In this document: positions 20,995 to 31,684 of the stretch, one piece after another
How positions within the stretch are numbered: the first letter of the stretch is position 1
Layout: each line of letters starts with the position of its first letter
Assembly (NCBI GenBank): GCA_049276635.1
Contig: JBASWU010000049.1
Location: 12,981 to 76,980 of the forward strand
Length of the DNA: 64,000 nucleotides
Reading direction: 5' to 3'
Source of the DNA: Solirubrobacterales bacterium
GTDB lineage: Bacteria; Actinomycetota; Thermoleophilia; Solirubrobacterales; JACPNS01
The notes under the pieces: generated by a model
Told to the model about the DNA's origin: nothing
The model's database searches: none
Seen by the model: only the letters and a program-made list of their open reading frames with translations
Program-made: the position numbers and the translations under genes

Positions 20995-22131
20995 ATGCCG
21001 GTTCGCGCGACCAAACGAGGGATTCTGCGCACTCCGATCGGCGGAGACTACGACGTGGTGATCTGCGGCGCGAGTTTCGCCGGCCTTTCGGTGGCTCGCG
21101 AGCTGCGCGGCAGCGGTGCGCGCGTACTGGTGCTGGACCGATACGACATCGGCGAGCGGGCGACCTCGGCCTGCGCGACGCCGACGATCTGGCTGGAGCG
21201 AATGGGCCTCGGCGCGGCGATCCGGCAGTCATTTGACTCGCTCACGATCCAGGTCGAGGACCGGCCGGTCAGATTCAAGACGCCGTGGCCGTTCTCGACC
21301 TTCGACTACCGGCGCTTATGCGAGCTGCTGGCCGCACAGGGTGATTTCGAATTCGAGACCGCGACGGTGCGAGGGCCGGCCGTGCTCTCGGGGGTCGCAC
21401 CGAACGCGCCGGTGGTGATTTCCACCGACCGCGGCGATGTCCGAGCGCCGCTGGTGGTCGACGCGCTCGGCTGGCGGCGTGTTCTAGCGCCAGACCGGGA
21501 GCGGCCGCAGCCGCCGGCGGCGCTGCTCTCGCGCGGCCTCGAGGTTCACCCGGCGGGGTCGTCTGATCACCTGAAGATCTGGATCGACCAGCGGTTGGTC
21601 GCGGCCGGATACGGGTGGTCGTTCCCGGCCGGCGACGAGCTGCGGGTCGGGGTCGGATCGTTCGATCCCCGCGATCATGTTCGCGAGCCGACGGTGAGGC
21701 TGGCCGAATCGGAGGGCCTGATGGCCGAGCGGTTTCAAGGCAACTGGATTCCGCACGCCTTGCGCCCGGCGACCGACGGAGTGGTTTTCTGCGCCGGCGA
21801 CTCGGCCGGTCACTGCCTGCCGTTGAGCGCCGAAGGGATCAGGACGGCGTTCTACTTCGGGATTGCCTGCGGACGAGAGCTGCGATCGGTGCTCGACGGG
21901 CGGTTCGAGCGCGCGACCGCCCTGCGCCGCTACCGCGAGTTTTCGGCCTCCCACGAACGCGCGTTCAGACTTCTGCTGCGCGCTCAGCGAACGCTGCCGC
22001 GCGTGCCGGTGTCGGCGCTGTCGGCCGCGGTGCGCCTGATGAGCGTGCGCGGCGTGGACCGGCGATGGATGAACCGGTATCTCAACGCGGCGCACCCGGA
22101 CTTCGTGCACAGCGGTGGTACCGCCGTCTGA
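20995..22131 (+). CDS. FAD/NAD(P)-binding oxidoreductase (geranylgeranyl-reductase-like)
   Basis: N-terminal dinucleotide fold DYDVVICGASFAGLSVARELRGSGARVLVLDR and a later GDSAGHCLPLSAEGI motif. Confidence 0.6.
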   Translation: MPVRATKRGILRTPIGGDYDVVICGASFAGLSVARELRGSGARVLVLDRYDIGERATSACATPTIWLERMGLGAAIRQSFDSLTIQVEDRPVRFKTPWPFSTFDYRRLCELLAAQGDFEFETATVRGPAVLSGVAPNAPVVISTDRGDVRAPLVVDALGWRRVLAPDRERPQPPAALLSRGLEVHPAGSSDHLKIWIDQRLVAAGYGWSFPAGDELRVGVGSFDPRDHVREPTVRLAESEGLMAERFQGNWIPHALRPATDGVVFCAGDSAGHCLPLSAEGIRTAFYFGIACGRELRSVLDGRFERATALRRYREFSASHERAFRLLLRAQRTLPRVPVSALSAAVRLMSVRGVDRRWMNRYLNAAHPDFVHSGGTAV

Positions 22132-22164
22132 AGCCGATGCGAAGGCTTTCCCGACCCGGCAGGT

Positions 22165-23904
22165 TCAGGTATTGCGGTAAAGCGGCCCGTCGCCACCTTC
22201 AGGTGTCGTGAGACGACCGCCTTTGGCGGTGATCGCCCCACACTGAACGCAGTTCGAGTGATTGACAGTCACCTCGACCTCACCGCTTTCGGGTGCGTCC
22301 GGAGGCAGCTCGTAGACGCCCGCAGGGCACATCGACTCCCACATCTCGGCAATCTCGCGCGGCACCGTGCGCTGAACCCTGATGTGACTCGGCGCGTCAT
22401 CGCGAGTCGCGTTGCCGGAAATGAAGACGCTTGAGAGTTTGTCGAAGATGTACTTGCCGTCTGGCTTGGGATATCGCTTGCTGGAATCGCCGATAAATAT
22501 TGGTTGCTCGTTGGCGGGATGAACGCGCCAGCGTCCGCCAGGGAATCGCCCCTTGGTCGCGATCATCAGATTCACCAACGGCCCACCACGTAGTAGGCCC
22601 TTCTGAAATGGCTGACGCGAATTGCGCTGCTCGTAGAGGTCCTTGCCGATGATCGATGTCTCAACAGCTTCTTCGTAACTCTCGAAATTGCGCTCGCCTG
22701 ACTTGAGTGATCCGTAGATCGATTCGGCCGCGAGAACGCCGGATGTAATCGCGTAATGCACTCCTTTAAGAGCCGCGAGATTGACCATCCCCCCGCCGTC
22801 ACCAACGATGACGGCTCCCGGCATCGAGAGTTTCGGCATAGCCCAGTACCCGCCGGCAGGAATAGCCTTCGCGCCCCATGACACTCGCTCGCCTCCTTCG
22901 AGAATCTTTCGCACCATCGGGTGAGTCTTGAACAGTTGCAGAAGGTCGTGACAAGAAGTCGTTGCATCGGCGTAGTCGAGGTCCAGGACGAAGCCAATCG
23001 AGACCAAGTCGTCGCCGGTCTTCTCGTCCTTCATCGGGTAGATCCACGAGCCGCCGATCTGGTGGTATTTGGACGAGATCTTCAGTGGCCAGCCTGCCAA
23101 CGTGTGGATCACGCGATTGAGCGGCTTCGGAACTTTCCACACCTCTTTGACGCCGAGCTCCCAGACCATCGGTTCGCGACCTTCCCCGAGATTGAACTCA
23201 GCGACCGCCGCGTCGGTGAGGTGGCCCCAACATCCTTCGGCGAGAACGGTCGCTCGTGCCGCGATGTCCGTGCCCGGTTCGAAGTTGCCAAGCGGCTCGC
23301 CATCTTTGCCGCGACCTTTGTCGCCGGACCGGACGCCTTCGACGACGCCATCCCTGACGATCAGTTGCGCTGCGGATGTCTCGGTCAGGAAATAGGCGCC
23401 GGATTCTTCAGCCTGCTTCTGCATGAATCGGCACAGCGCGGCGACAGAGATGACCTCGTTGCCCTTGTTGTGCTGCGGGGAAGGAGCTGGTATACGGACC
23501 TTCGTTTTGCCGTTCGGGAGGAGATAGATCGCTTCCTTTGTGACCTCGCCGAACGCGAATCCCTCCTGACGCCACTGCTCGCGAGTCAGGTCGGGAAAGA
23601 GATCCCGCAGTGCCGACGGTCGCATCACCGCACCGGAAAGATTGTGCCCTCCGCACGTTTTCGCCTTCTCGATCACGGCGACCGGGACTTCGCCGAGGCT
23701 CTCCATCAATGCCGGATCGGCGCTCAACAACTGAAGCAAGCGGTTGGCGCAGGCCAAGCCGGCCGTTCCACCGCCGACGATGGCGACCCCGATGTCGATC
23801 CGGTCTTCCTCGGCGGCGAGCGATCGCTTGATGAACTCCCGGCGAGCGTCGACAGGGGGTGGAAACTCCGCCGGGCGGGGTTTCACGCTTCGATTTCCCG
23901 CCAT
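22165..23904 (-). CDS. Electron-transfer flavoprotein:quinone oxidoreductase (ETF-QO)
   Basis: 579 aa. VAIVGGGTAGLACA FAD fold and a C-terminal 4Fe-4S region (CPAGVYE...HSNCVQCGAI). A GGAAGGA RBS lies upstream. Confidence 0.85.
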   Translation of the reverse strand: MAGNRSVKPRPAEFPPPVDARREFIKRSLAAEEDRIDIGVAIVGGGTAGLACANRLLQLLSADPALMESLGEVPVAVIEKAKTCGGHNLSGAVMRPSALRDLFPDLTREQWRQEGFAFGEVTKEAIYLLPNGKTKVRIPAPSPQHNKGNEVISVAALCRFMQKQAEESGAYFLTETSAAQLIVRDGVVEGVRSGDKGRGKDGEPLGNFEPGTDIAARATVLAEGCWGHLTDAAVAEFNLGEGREPMVWELGVKEVWKVPKPLNRVIHTLAGWPLKISSKYHQIGGSWIYPMKDEKTGDDLVSIGFVLDLDYADATTSCHDLLQLFKTHPMVRKILEGGERVSWGAKAIPAGGYWAMPKLSMPGAVIVGDGGGMVNLAALKGVHYAITSGVLAAESIYGSLKSGERNFESYEEAVETSIIGKDLYEQRNSRQPFQKGLLRGGPLVNLMIATKGRFPGGRWRVHPANEQPIFIGDSSKRYPKPDGKYIFDKLSSVFISGNATRDDAPSHIRVQRTVPREIAEMWESMCPAGVYELPPDAPESGEVEVTVNHSNCVQCGAITAKGGRLTTPEGGDGPLYRNT

Positions 23905-24198
23905 GCGAATGAGTTCCTTCCGGCGCCGATTCCGCGTATGACCGGCGAGGTTGGTGAATTCTACGGTCTCAGCAGTGAGTGCGGCAACGGTACCAAAAAT
24001 ATGCCCGTGTGAATTTACGACGGAGACATCGTCGGGTACGTGCCGTATGGAGCGGGGGTCGCGCTCGCCGGTTGTCGTGAAAAGCGGGCAAGTAGGCCGG
24101 AGGGTCCGGCCGAGGCCGGGCCCTGCGGGTCGAACCGGGCGACAGCTCCGCCGGCCGGTACGTACCGGCGGAACGTGTCGCGTGCCGGCCCCGTTGCG

Positions 24199-25653
24199 CT
24201 ATCGGGCGTTCACCCCTCGCTCGATTGCACGCCCGACCGCGATCAGCGTGGTTTCGGCGTGCGGCGCGGCAACGATCTGCAACCCGATCGGCAGGCCCGA
24301 CGGTGCCGGCGCGCTGGGCACCGACATCGCGGGAAAGCCGACAAAACTCCAGAGAATCGCGTTGCGCGACAAGATCGTCAGGTACTCGTCGGCGTCATCG
24401 ACGACCGGCGCGACGACGGGCACGGTCGGCATCACCAGCGCGTCGACGCCGGCGATGGCCGTTAGCATCTCCTCGCGCAGCCAGGCGCGGTAGCGCTGGG
24501 CGTCGATGTAGTCGGTGGCGAGTACCTCGTCGGCGGCGTCGAGCTGGTCCCGGACCTCCTCCCAGTACAGTGCGCGATCGTTGTGCAATCCGCGGTGAAA
24601 GGCAGCCGCCTCGCAGCGTGAGACGATCAGCCCGCAGGCGTTGGCACCGGCGAAATCAGGGTCGGCCGGGCGGTCCACGCCGACCAGCTCGGCACCGGCG
24701 GCGATCAGTAGGTCCAGCGCGAACTCGATCGACTCCTCGACTTCGGGCTCGGCCCCGTCCCACGCCGCGCGCGGAATTCCGATCCGCATCCCCTTGACGC
24801 CCGTGCCGACGCCTTCGGAGACGCGCGCACCGTCACGCAGGCAGTCGAGCATGATCGCCGCGTCGGCCACGCCGGGCGCGATCACACCGACGTGATCCAT
24901 AGTCCAGCTTAGGGGTACGACGCCGGCGGTCGGCACCGTGCCGTATGTCGGCTTCAACCCCACCACCCCGCTCAACGCCGCCGGCACACGCGAAGAGGCC
25001 CGTGTGTCGGTGCAGATCGAGGCGATTCCCATGCCGGTCGCGACCGCCACGGCGGATCCGCCGCTGGATCCGCCCGGGATGCGGGTGTCGTCGTGCGGGT
25101 TGCGCGACTGCGGCGAGGTGACGCCGAGCGCGAACTCGTGGGTCGCGACCTTGCCGAGTATCACCGCGCCCGCGTCGCGCAGGCGCCGGACCGCCCAGGC
25201 GTCGTGACTCGCCCGATGCTCGTACGCCAGCGAGCCGGCTCGCGTCGTGGCGCCCTTCACGTGAATGACATCCTTTACGGAGATCGGAATTCCATGCAGC
25301 GGGCCTCGATGGCGACCCGCCTTGAGTTCGTTGTCGAGCTTGGCCGCCTGCTCGCGCGCCTCGACCTCCATGATTTCGACGAAGGCGAACAGCCGGTCGT
25401 TGTCTTTTTTGATCGCCTCAAGCGAGCGCTCGACCAGATCGGCGGCAGTCACCTCGCCGCCGTCGATCAGGTGGCGGGTCGCGCCGATCGTTCCCAGCAA
25501 CGGGGCCCCGCCGGGACTGCCCGGCTCTTCGCCCGGCGCGATCGCCTCGCCCGGCCAGACATCAAAGCCGGGGCGTCGTTCGAGATCGTCGTTGCGCCAA
25601 CCCTTGAGATGCTCAAGTGCCCAGGCGAAAGCATTTGTGGCAACGCTCGTCAT
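24199..25653 (-). CDS. Amidase-signature (AS) family amidase
   Basis: GIPISVKDVI (catalytic Lys), [12 protein letters not shown] (Ser-cisSer). About 60 aa of N-terminal extension. Last gene of the operon, 10 nt after the hydrolase stop. Confidence 0.88.
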   Translation of the reverse strand: MTSVATNAFAWALEHLKGWRNDDLERRPGFDVWPGEAIAPGEEPGSPGGAPLLGTIGATRHLIDGGEVTAADLVERSLEAIKKDNDRLFAFVEIMEVEAREQAAKLDNELKAGRHRGPLHGIPISVKDVIHVKGATTRAGSLAYEHRASHDAWAVRRLRDAGAVILGKVATHEFALGVTSPQSRNPHDDTRIPGGSSGGSAVAVATGMGIASICTDTRASSRVPAALSGVVGLKPTYGTVPTAGVVPLSWTMDHVGVIAPGVADAAIMLDCLRDGARVSEGVGTGVKGMRIGIPRAAWDGAEPEVEESIEFALDLLIAAGAELVGVDRPADPDFAGANACGLIVSRCEAAAFHRGLHNDRALYWEEVRDQLDAADEVLATDYIDAQRYRAWLREEMLTAIAGVDALVMPTVPVVAPVVDDADEYLTILSRNAILWSFVGFPAMSVPSAPAPSGLPIGLQIVAAPHAETTLIAVGRAIERGVNAR

Positions 25654-25663
25654 CGCGCGGCCC

Positions 25664-26371
25664 CTAAACCGTCTCGAGTGCCGCGAGCAGTTTCTCGCTG
25701 TCGCTGACGGAGCCGAACACGCCGCCCTGCATCTTGACCATCTTCAGCGCGGCCTCGTAGTTGCCGTAATCGGTGGCGCCGGTGCAGTCGGAGAGCAGCA
25801 GACACTCGTAGCCGATGTCGTTGCCCTCGCGCATCGTAGTGTGCACGCAGACATCGGTGGTGATTCCGGTGAAAATCAGATTCTCGATCTTCTTCGAGCG
25901 CAGGATCAAGTCGAGATTGGTCGCGCAGAACGCGCCCTTCCCGGGCTTGTCGATGACGATCTCGCCGTCCACCGGATAAAGCTCCTCGACGATGTCCCAG
26001 CCCGGTTCACCGATTACAAGGATGCGGCCGCAGGGACCGGCGTCGCCGATCCCGGCGCCCATCTGCTTCGAGCGCCAGAGCTTGTTCGGCGGACAGTCCG
26101 AGAGATCCGGCTGGTGGCCTTCGCGCGTGTGCACGACGGTCAGGCCGAGTTCGCGCCAGCGCGCCAGCACTTTTTGCGTCGCCGGAATGCCAGCGCGCGT
26201 CAGGCCGAGGTCGTAACCCATGTGATCGACGTACCCGCCGGGGCCGCAGAAGTCGGTCTGCCAGTCGATCAGGATCAACGCCGTGCGCTGGAGGTCGAGG
26301 TTCTGGTTGTAGGGCCAGTCGTAGGGATCGCCGGCGACGGAGATCGCGGCGGAATCGGTGGCGGCGGTCAT
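25664..26371 (-). CDS. Isochorismatase-fold cysteine hydrolase, biuret-hydrolase (BiuH)/triuret-hydrolase-like
   Basis: [76 protein letters not shown] and [12 protein letters not shown]. The Asp-Lys-Cys triad is intact. I place the start at ATG 26371, overlapping the upstream stop (ATGA). Assignment to the BiuH subfamily is from memory of that family's motifs. Confidence 0.75.
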   Translation of the reverse strand: MTAATDSAAISVAGDPYDWPYNQNLDLQRTALILIDWQTDFCGPGGYVDHMGYDLGLTRAGIPATQKVLARWRELGLTVVHTREGHQPDLSDCPPNKLWRSKQMGAGIGDAGPCGRILVIGEPGWDIVEELYPVDGEIVIDKPGKGAFCATNLDLILRSKKIENLIFTGITTDVCVHTTMREGNDIGYECLLLSDCTGATDYGNYEAALKMVKMQGGVFGSVSDSEKLLAALETV

Positions 26372-26991
26372 TCGGTCTCTCCTTTTTGGGAAACGGCGGA
26401 CGCGGTCGTGGTGGAGTTGACGAAATAGCACGCCTCAATCAAAGCGTCGCTGGTGCCAACGGCACCGAAGATTCCGCCGGACATCAATATCTGTGAGATC
26501 GAGGCCTTCTGCAGCTCCGGGTCGTACGCCACGCACGCGTCCTCCAGAAAGAGGCATTCAAAACCAAGATCATTGGCCCGGCGCAGTGTCGAGTGAACGG
26601 CGATCTCCGTCGGCCAGCCGGCAAACGCCAGCTTCTCGATCCCGTTTGTGCGCAAGACGAGATCGAGATTGCCGCCGAGGAAGGCGTTCGCCGTCGGCGC
26701 TTCGATCACCATGTCGCCGGGCGCCGTCTTCGGCAGCGAACCGCCGCCGCAACTGATCCAGATCACCGCGGCCCCCAGCTCGCGCAGCGGGCCGGCGAGT
26801 TTCGACGCCGCCGTCAAGGCCATCTCGCGCGATCGCTCGTCGCCCTCGCGGCCCGTCGCGGGCCCCGAGACCACCACGAGCGCAAAGCTCGCGGTGGTCA
26901 ACTCGCCGTCGTAGGGCCACGGGTACGGCCGGGAACCGGCGACCGCGATCTCGCCCTCTGTTGTGGCTTTGATCGCGGCCGCCGCGCTCAT
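26368..26991 (-). CDS. Isochorismatase-fold paralogue lacking the catalytic triad (predicted pseudoenzyme)
   Basis: It shares [22 protein letters not shown] and [13 protein letters not shown] with its neighbour. At the triad positions it has VVVSGP for LIDWQ (Asp lost), IEAPTANAF for IDKPGKGAF (Lys lost) and TEIAVHS for TDVCVHT (Cys to Ala). Confidence 0.7.
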   Translation of the reverse strand: MSAAAAIKATTEGEIAVAGSRPYPWPYDGELTTASFALVVVSGPATGREGDERSREMALTAASKLAGPLRELGAAVIWISCGGGSLPKTAPGDMVIEAPTANAFLGGNLDLVLRTNGIEKLAFAGWPTEIAVHSTLRRANDLGFECLFLEDACVAYDPELQKASISQILMSGGIFGAVGTSDALIEACYFVNSTTTASAVSQKGETE

Positions 26992-28118
26992 GAGGTCGGG
27001 ATCTTTCCGGTCACGCCCTCGACGAGGTAGTCGGTCGATTCGAGATCGGTCGGGCTCGGCGATTCGCCGTCCGGGATCTTGACCGCACCAGCCTGGTCTT
27101 TGATCGGACCGGTGAAGGGCTTGAAGTCGCCTGACTTCATCTCTTTTTTCTTGGCTTCGATCTCGTCCTGAACGTCTTCGGGAACGGCCGAGCCGAACGG
27201 CGCGAGCTGAATGATCTCGCTGTCGGCAAAGCCGGCGCGGTACATCGCGTCGTACTTGGAGCCCTTCCAGTCACCGGCGGCGATCGTGTCGGCCATGTCG
27301 GTGTAGAGCGGTCCCCAGTTCCACACCGACCCGGTCAGCCAGCCCTTGGGCGCCAGCGATGAGGCGTCGGCGTGGTAACCAACCGACATGATGCCCTCGC
27401 GCTCGGCCGTCTCGACGATCGTCTTGGTGCAGTCCTGGTGCTGGCTGATCACGTCGACATCCTTGTTGATCAAGGACTTCGCGGCCTCTGCCTGCTTGCC
27501 GGGGTCGCACCAGTTGTTGGTGAAGACCACCGTGGTGGTGACGTCGGGGTTGACCGACTGCGCACCGAGCTGGAACGCGTTGATGTTTAGCAGCGTCTGC
27601 GGAATCGGCACGGCGACGACGTAGCCGAGCTTGTTGGTCTTGGTCTGCTTGCCGGCGGCGATACCGGTGAGGTACTGCGCCTCGTAGATACTGCCGAAGA
27701 ACGTGCCCAGGTTGTCGGCGGTCTTCAGGCCGCCCTGGTGCATGAACGTCACGTCGGGGTGCTTTGCGGCGACTTCCAGCGCGGGCTCGAGGTGGCCGTA
27801 GCTGGTCGGGAAAATGATCGTCGCGCCGTCCTTGATCATCTTCTCCATCACTCGCGAGGCCTCTGATGTCTCGGGCACGTTCTCGGCCTGAAGGACCTTG
27901 TAGCCGGCCTTCTCAACCTCGAGCGAGCCTTCGTAGGCCGCCTGGTTGTAGCCGTAGTCGTTCTTCGGTCCGACGTAGAGGAAGCCGACCGTCGGCTTGT
28001 CGCCGGAGGCGGAGTCGCCCGAGTTTGAATCCGAGCTGGAGCCACAAGCGCTCACACCGACCGCGGCTACCAAGCCGAGGGCCATGAGCAGCAGCCACTT
28101 AACCGTCCAATTACGCAT
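26988..28118 (-). CDS. BMP-family (basic membrane protein / PnrA-like) ABC substrate-binding lipoprotein
   Basis: Lipobox LVAAVGVSAC and S/D-rich linker, then VGFLYVGPKNDYGYNQAAYEG...IIFPTSYG...VGYHAD, typical of the Bmp family. An AAAGGAAG RBS lies upstream. Confidence 0.85.
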   Translation of the reverse strand: MRNWTVKWLLLMALGLVAAVGVSACGSSSDSNSGDSASGDKPTVGFLYVGPKNDYGYNQAAYEGSLEVEKAGYKVLQAENVPETSEASRVMEKMIKDGATIIFPTSYGHLEPALEVAAKHPDVTFMHQGGLKTADNLGTFFGSIYEAQYLTGIAAGKQTKTNKLGYVVAVPIPQTLLNINAFQLGAQSVNPDVTTTVVFTNNWCDPGKQAEAAKSLINKDVDVISQHQDCTKTIVETAEREGIMSVGYHADASSLAPKGWLTGSVWNWGPLYTDMADTIAAGDWKGSKYDAMYRAGFADSEIIQLAPFGSAVPEDVQDEIEAKKKEMKSGDFKPFTGPIKDQAGAVKIPDGESPSPTDLESTDYLVEGVTGKIPTS

Positions 28119-28182
28119 TCTGAACTTCCTTTCGATGAACTACATGGAGTTGGGGCAGGTCTCGCTACGGCGCGACCGGTCC

Positions 28183-29094
28183 TTACGTTCCGCCCGGCGC
28201 GAACACGGCCTTGAGGCCGGCGGGCATTTTCTGAGCCTGTTTGCGACTCGCGATCGCGAGCACGACGAGGGTCAGAACGTAAGGAGTCATTCCGAGCAGG
28301 AACGCGGAGATGCTCAGGCCCTCGGCCTGAAGCTGAAGCTGAAGGCTGACCGCCAGTCCGAAAAGCAACGCGCCGAGCGCGGCGCGGATCGGCAGCCAGG
28401 AGGCGAAGATCACCAGAGCGACGGCGACGAAGCCGCGGCCGACGGTGACGTCTTCGACCCAGTTGAGCGTGGAGGCCAGCACCAGCTGGGCGCCGCCCAT
28501 GCCGGCGAGCGCGCCGCCGGAGGTGACGGCGATATAACGCACCTTGCGCGGGGAGTGACCGTAAGCGAAGACGACGTCGGGATTCTCGCCGGTAGCGCGG
28601 AGGATCAGCCCCCAGCGAGTCTTCTTCATGAACCACCACAGCGCCGGACCGAGCAGCAGCGCGCCATAGGTGAGCAGGTCATAGTTGAACAGCACGTTGC
28701 CGAGGAACGGGATATCGCTCAACAGCGGTATCGCGACCGGCTCGAAGCCGGTGATCTTCGCGTCGACGAAGCTCGTGCCCAGCGCCGCCGTCAGGCCGAG
28801 TCCGAGGAACGTGATTCCGAGGCCGCTGGCGAGCTGGTCGGCCCGGCGGTCGATCACCAGATAGGCGTGCAGCAAGGCAAGCAGACCGCCGAAGGCCAGC
28901 CCGGCAAGCGCGCCGATGTACGCCGCACCCGTCCACGACGTGACCGCGAACGCACCGAGTGCTCCGGCCAGCATCGAGCCTTCGGTTCCGAGGTTGACGA
29001 TTCCCGAGCGCTCCGAGACCGTCTCGCCCTCCGCGGCGTAGATCACGCAGGCGCCGTAGCGCACCGCGCCGGTCAGCAGGTTCTCGATGAACAT
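28183..29094 (-). CDS. ABC transporter permease (BMP-type system)
   Basis: 303 aa from [11 protein letters not shown]. It is polytopic and carries NLGTEGSMLAGA. The 619-aa track ORF is an upstream artefact. The ATG overlaps the preceding TGA by 1 nt (TGATG). Confidence 0.85.
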   Translation of the reverse strand: MFIENLLTGAVRYGACVIYAAEGETVSERSGIVNLGTEGSMLAGALGAFAVTSWTGAAYIGALAGLAFGGLLALLHAYLVIDRRADQLASGLGITFLGLGLTAALGTSFVDAKITGFEPVAIPLLSDIPFLGNVLFNYDLLTYGALLLGPALWWFMKKTRWGLILRATGENPDVVFAYGHSPRKVRYIAVTSGGALAGMGGAQLVLASTLNWVEDVTVGRGFVAVALVIFASWLPIRAALGALLFGLAVSLQLQLQAEGLSISAFLLGMTPYVLTLVVLAIASRKQAQKMPAGLKAVFAPGGT

Positions 29095-30128
29095 CAGCCG
29101 CCCGGTCCTTTGAGCGCGGCCGGGCGCTGAGCGAGAACGAACAGGACGATCGCGGCCATCAACACGTAGACCGAGGAGGCAGGCAGCCCGAAATCGATCT
29201 GCAGGTTGTCGCCGTAGACCGAAATCGCGGCCAGCAGCACGGCCGCCGACGGGATCCAGGCGGTACGGTGCCCGACCATCCAGCTGCAGAGGAAACCGAT
29301 GTAGCCGAAACCGGCGGCCATGTCGGATCGAACGCGGATCTCGGTACCGGAAAGCTCGATCGAGCCGGCGAGCCCGGCGATCGCTCCGCCGAGCAGCAGA
29401 GCGACCAACACGGTCTTGCCGACCGGGATGCCGCCGCGGCGCGCGGCCTCCGGATTGCCGCCGACGACCTTCGCTTTGAAGCCCCAGCGCGAGTGCTCGA
29501 TCAACAGCCAGATCCCGACCGCCACCGCGATCGCGATCACCAGCCCGAAGTGCACCCCGTAGTCGCCGAAGTGCGGAAGCCGCGCCGATTCGCTGATCTC
29601 CGGCGCGATCGCGAATCCGAATGACTCCGGATCCTTGAGCGCGTCGTTGACGAGAAAGCCCAGCAGCAGCGCGGCCACGTAGTTGAGCAGCAGAGTCGAG
29701 ATCGTCTCGTTGACGTTGAACAGGTTCTTTAGGAACGCCGCGATACCGGCCCACAACAGACCGCCGAGCAAGCCGGCCGCGAGGATCGCGGGAAGCATCA
29801 CGACGATCGGCAGCGCGTCCTCGACGACGAACGCGAAGCCGCCGGCGGCGGCCGCGCCGATCAAGAGCTGGCCTTCGCCGCCGACGTTGATCAGACCCGC
29901 ACGCGCCGGAAGCGCGACGGCCAGCGCGGTGAGTATGAACGGAGTCGCGCGCACCAGCACGTCGGGCTGAGAAATCGCGAAGACCGGCAGGATCATCCAG
30001 AGCAGCAACGGCAGTGCGATCGGCGAGGCGATCCTGAACCACCTGTTTTGCGGGATGTGGGCGCGCGGGTCGAACGAACGCTTGGCCGGCGGCGCGCCTT
30101 CGGGAAAGGCGAGTTCGGGCGCCGTCAC
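29094..30128 (-). CDS. ABC transporter permease (BMP-type system)
   Basis: Polytopic, with the [13 protein letters not shown] motif. The GTG start at 30128 follows GGAGG and overlaps the ATPase stop (GTGA). Confidence 0.8.
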   Translation of the reverse strand: MTAPELAFPEGAPPAKRSFDPRAHIPQNRWFRIASPIALPLLLWMILPVFAISQPDVLVRATPFILTALAVALPARAGLINVGGEGQLLIGAAAAGGFAFVVEDALPIVVMLPAILAAGLLGGLLWAGIAAFLKNLFNVNETISTLLLNYVAALLLGFLVNDALKDPESFGFAIAPEISESARLPHFGDYGVHFGLVIAIAVAVGIWLLIEHSRWGFKAKVVGGNPEAARRGGIPVGKTVLVALLLGGAIAGLAGSIELSGTEIRVRSDMAAGFGYIGFLCSWMVGHRTAWIPSAAVLLAAISVYGDNLQIDFGLPASSVYVLMAAIVLFVLAQRPAALKGPGG

Positions 30129-31684
30129 GACGCCTCCCGGCCGAGCATCATCGCGCCGATCTCGCCGCGCGTGGTTTCGGACGGTTTGAGATCGCCGGCG
30201 AGCCTGCCGCCGTGCAGCACCGCGATCCGGTCGGAGACCGCGAAGAGCTCGTCTAGATCCTCGGAGACAAAGAGCACGGCGGCGCCTTCTTGGGCGCGCG
30301 CGAAGAGCAGTTCGTGGGTGGTCCGGACGCTGATCAGATCGAGTCCGCGTGTCGGGTAGCAAGCAACGACGACGCCGGGCTCGCGGGCGAGCGCGCGGAC
30401 GATCATCAGCCGCTGGATGTTGCCGCCCGACAGCGAATCGACACGGCGCGACGGCTCGGCCAGGCCGATCGCCCGCGCCGACGGCAGCGCGGCGGTCCGC
30501 TCATGAACCGACGGCCAGTGATAGCCAATGCGCGTCCTCGGCGGATCGATCCCACCGATCGCCATGTGCTCGGCGATATTGAGGCCGGGAACGACCTCCA
30601 TCGCGATCGGGTCCTCGGCCATACAGGCAACGCCCTCGGCGATCGCCTCGGTGACGTGCTTGTTCTCGATGTAGACGCCGCTGATCGCGATCCGGCCGTT
30701 GAAAACCGGGCGCAGACCTTGCATCGCCTCGGCAAGCTCGCGCTGGCCACCGCCGGAGACGCCGGCGATGCCGATCACCTCTCCGCGCTCGGCGACGAGA
30801 CTGAACTCGTCGATCGCCGGCAGGCCGTTGTCGCCGTGCACCGTGATGTGTTCGAGCATCAGCGCCGGGCCGTCGACGTGCGCGACGATGTTCGGTCGAT
30901 GTGGCAGGTCGGGCACCGATTGACCGACGACCGCCTCGATCAACTCGCCGTCGGTCATCGCCGGCAGATCGTCGGACCGCATCGCGACCTTGCCCTGACG
31001 CAACACCGTGACACGGTCGCAAACGGCGCGCACGTCGGGGATCTTGTGGGTGATGATCGCCAGCGCCATGCCCTGGTCGCGCAGATCGCGGATCACGTTC
31101 ATCAGGCCGTCGACCTCTTGCGGCGCGAGCAGGCTGGTCGGTTCGTCGAGAATCAGCACCTTGGCGCCGCACATCAGGACCTTGAGGATCTCGGCCTGCT
31201 GGCGCTCGCTCATCGAGAGTTCGTCGATCGTACGGTAGGGGTCGACGCTCATGCCGTACTTGGCCGCGAGGGCCTGGAGTTCGTCGGCGATCTTTTTCTG
31301 GTCGAGCATGAAGCCGTCGCCGGGGAGCGCGAGCGCAATGTTCTCGAGCACGGTGAGCGCCGGGATCAGGCGGAAATCCTGGAATACAAGGCCGATGCCG
31401 GCGGCGCGGGCCTTGCCGGGGGAATCGATCACGATCGGCTCGCCGTCGACCAGAACTTCGCCCTCGTCGGGCACGTTAACCCCGTAGAGCGACTTGGCGA
31501 GTGTCGACTTGCCGGCGCCGTTTTCGCCGAGGATCGCGTGAACTTCGCCGGGAAACAGCTCGAGATCGACCGAGTCATTTGCGACCAGAGTGCCGAAACG
31601 CTTGGTCAAGCCCTTGACCTGGATCGTCGCGGCCTCGGCCTCGGTTGCGGGCGCCGCGGATTCAGTGACCAGTCCGGTGCTCAT
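30125..31684 (-). CDS. ABC transporter ATP-binding protein, tandem ABC domains
   Basis: 519 aa. Walker [10 protein letters not shown], signature LSMSERQQ, a Walker B ILDEPT, and a second degenerate domain with LSGGNIQR. Confidence 0.9.
   Translation of the reverse strand: MSTGLVTESAAPATEAEAATIQVKGLTKRFGTLVANDSVDLELFPGEVHAILGENGAGKSTLAKSLYGVNVPDEGEVLVDGEPIVIDSPGKARAAGIGLVFQDFRLIPALTVLENIALALPGDGFMLDQKKIADELQALAAKYGMSVDPYRTIDELSMSERQQAEILKVLMCGAKVLILDEPTSLLAPQEVDGLMNVIRDLRDQGMALAIITHKIPDVRAVCDRVTVLRQGKVAMRSDDLPAMTDGELIEAVVGQSVPDLPHRPNIVAHVDGPALMLEHITVHGDNGLPAIDEFSLVAERGEVIGIAGVSGGGQRELAEAMQGLRPVFNGRIAISGVYIENKHVTEAIAEGVACMAEDPIAMEVVPGLNIAEHMAIGGIDPPRTRIGYHWPSVHERTAALPSARAIGLAEPSRRVDSLSGGNIQRLMIVRALAREPGVVVACYPTRGLDLISVRTTHELLFARAQEGAAVLFVSEDLDELFAVSDRIAVLHGGRLAGDLKPSETTRGEIGAMMLGREAS

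Noticed and set aside
24095-24166. GC-rich palindromes (GGCCGGA-ggg-TCCGGCC; CCGGTACGTACCGG) in the 294-bp spacer after the amidase gene, considered as a possible regulatory RNA or repeat element.
   Set aside because: They are most simply U-tract-less terminator-type hairpins at the end of the operon. There are no repeated copies elsewhere in the window and no recognisable RNA family features.
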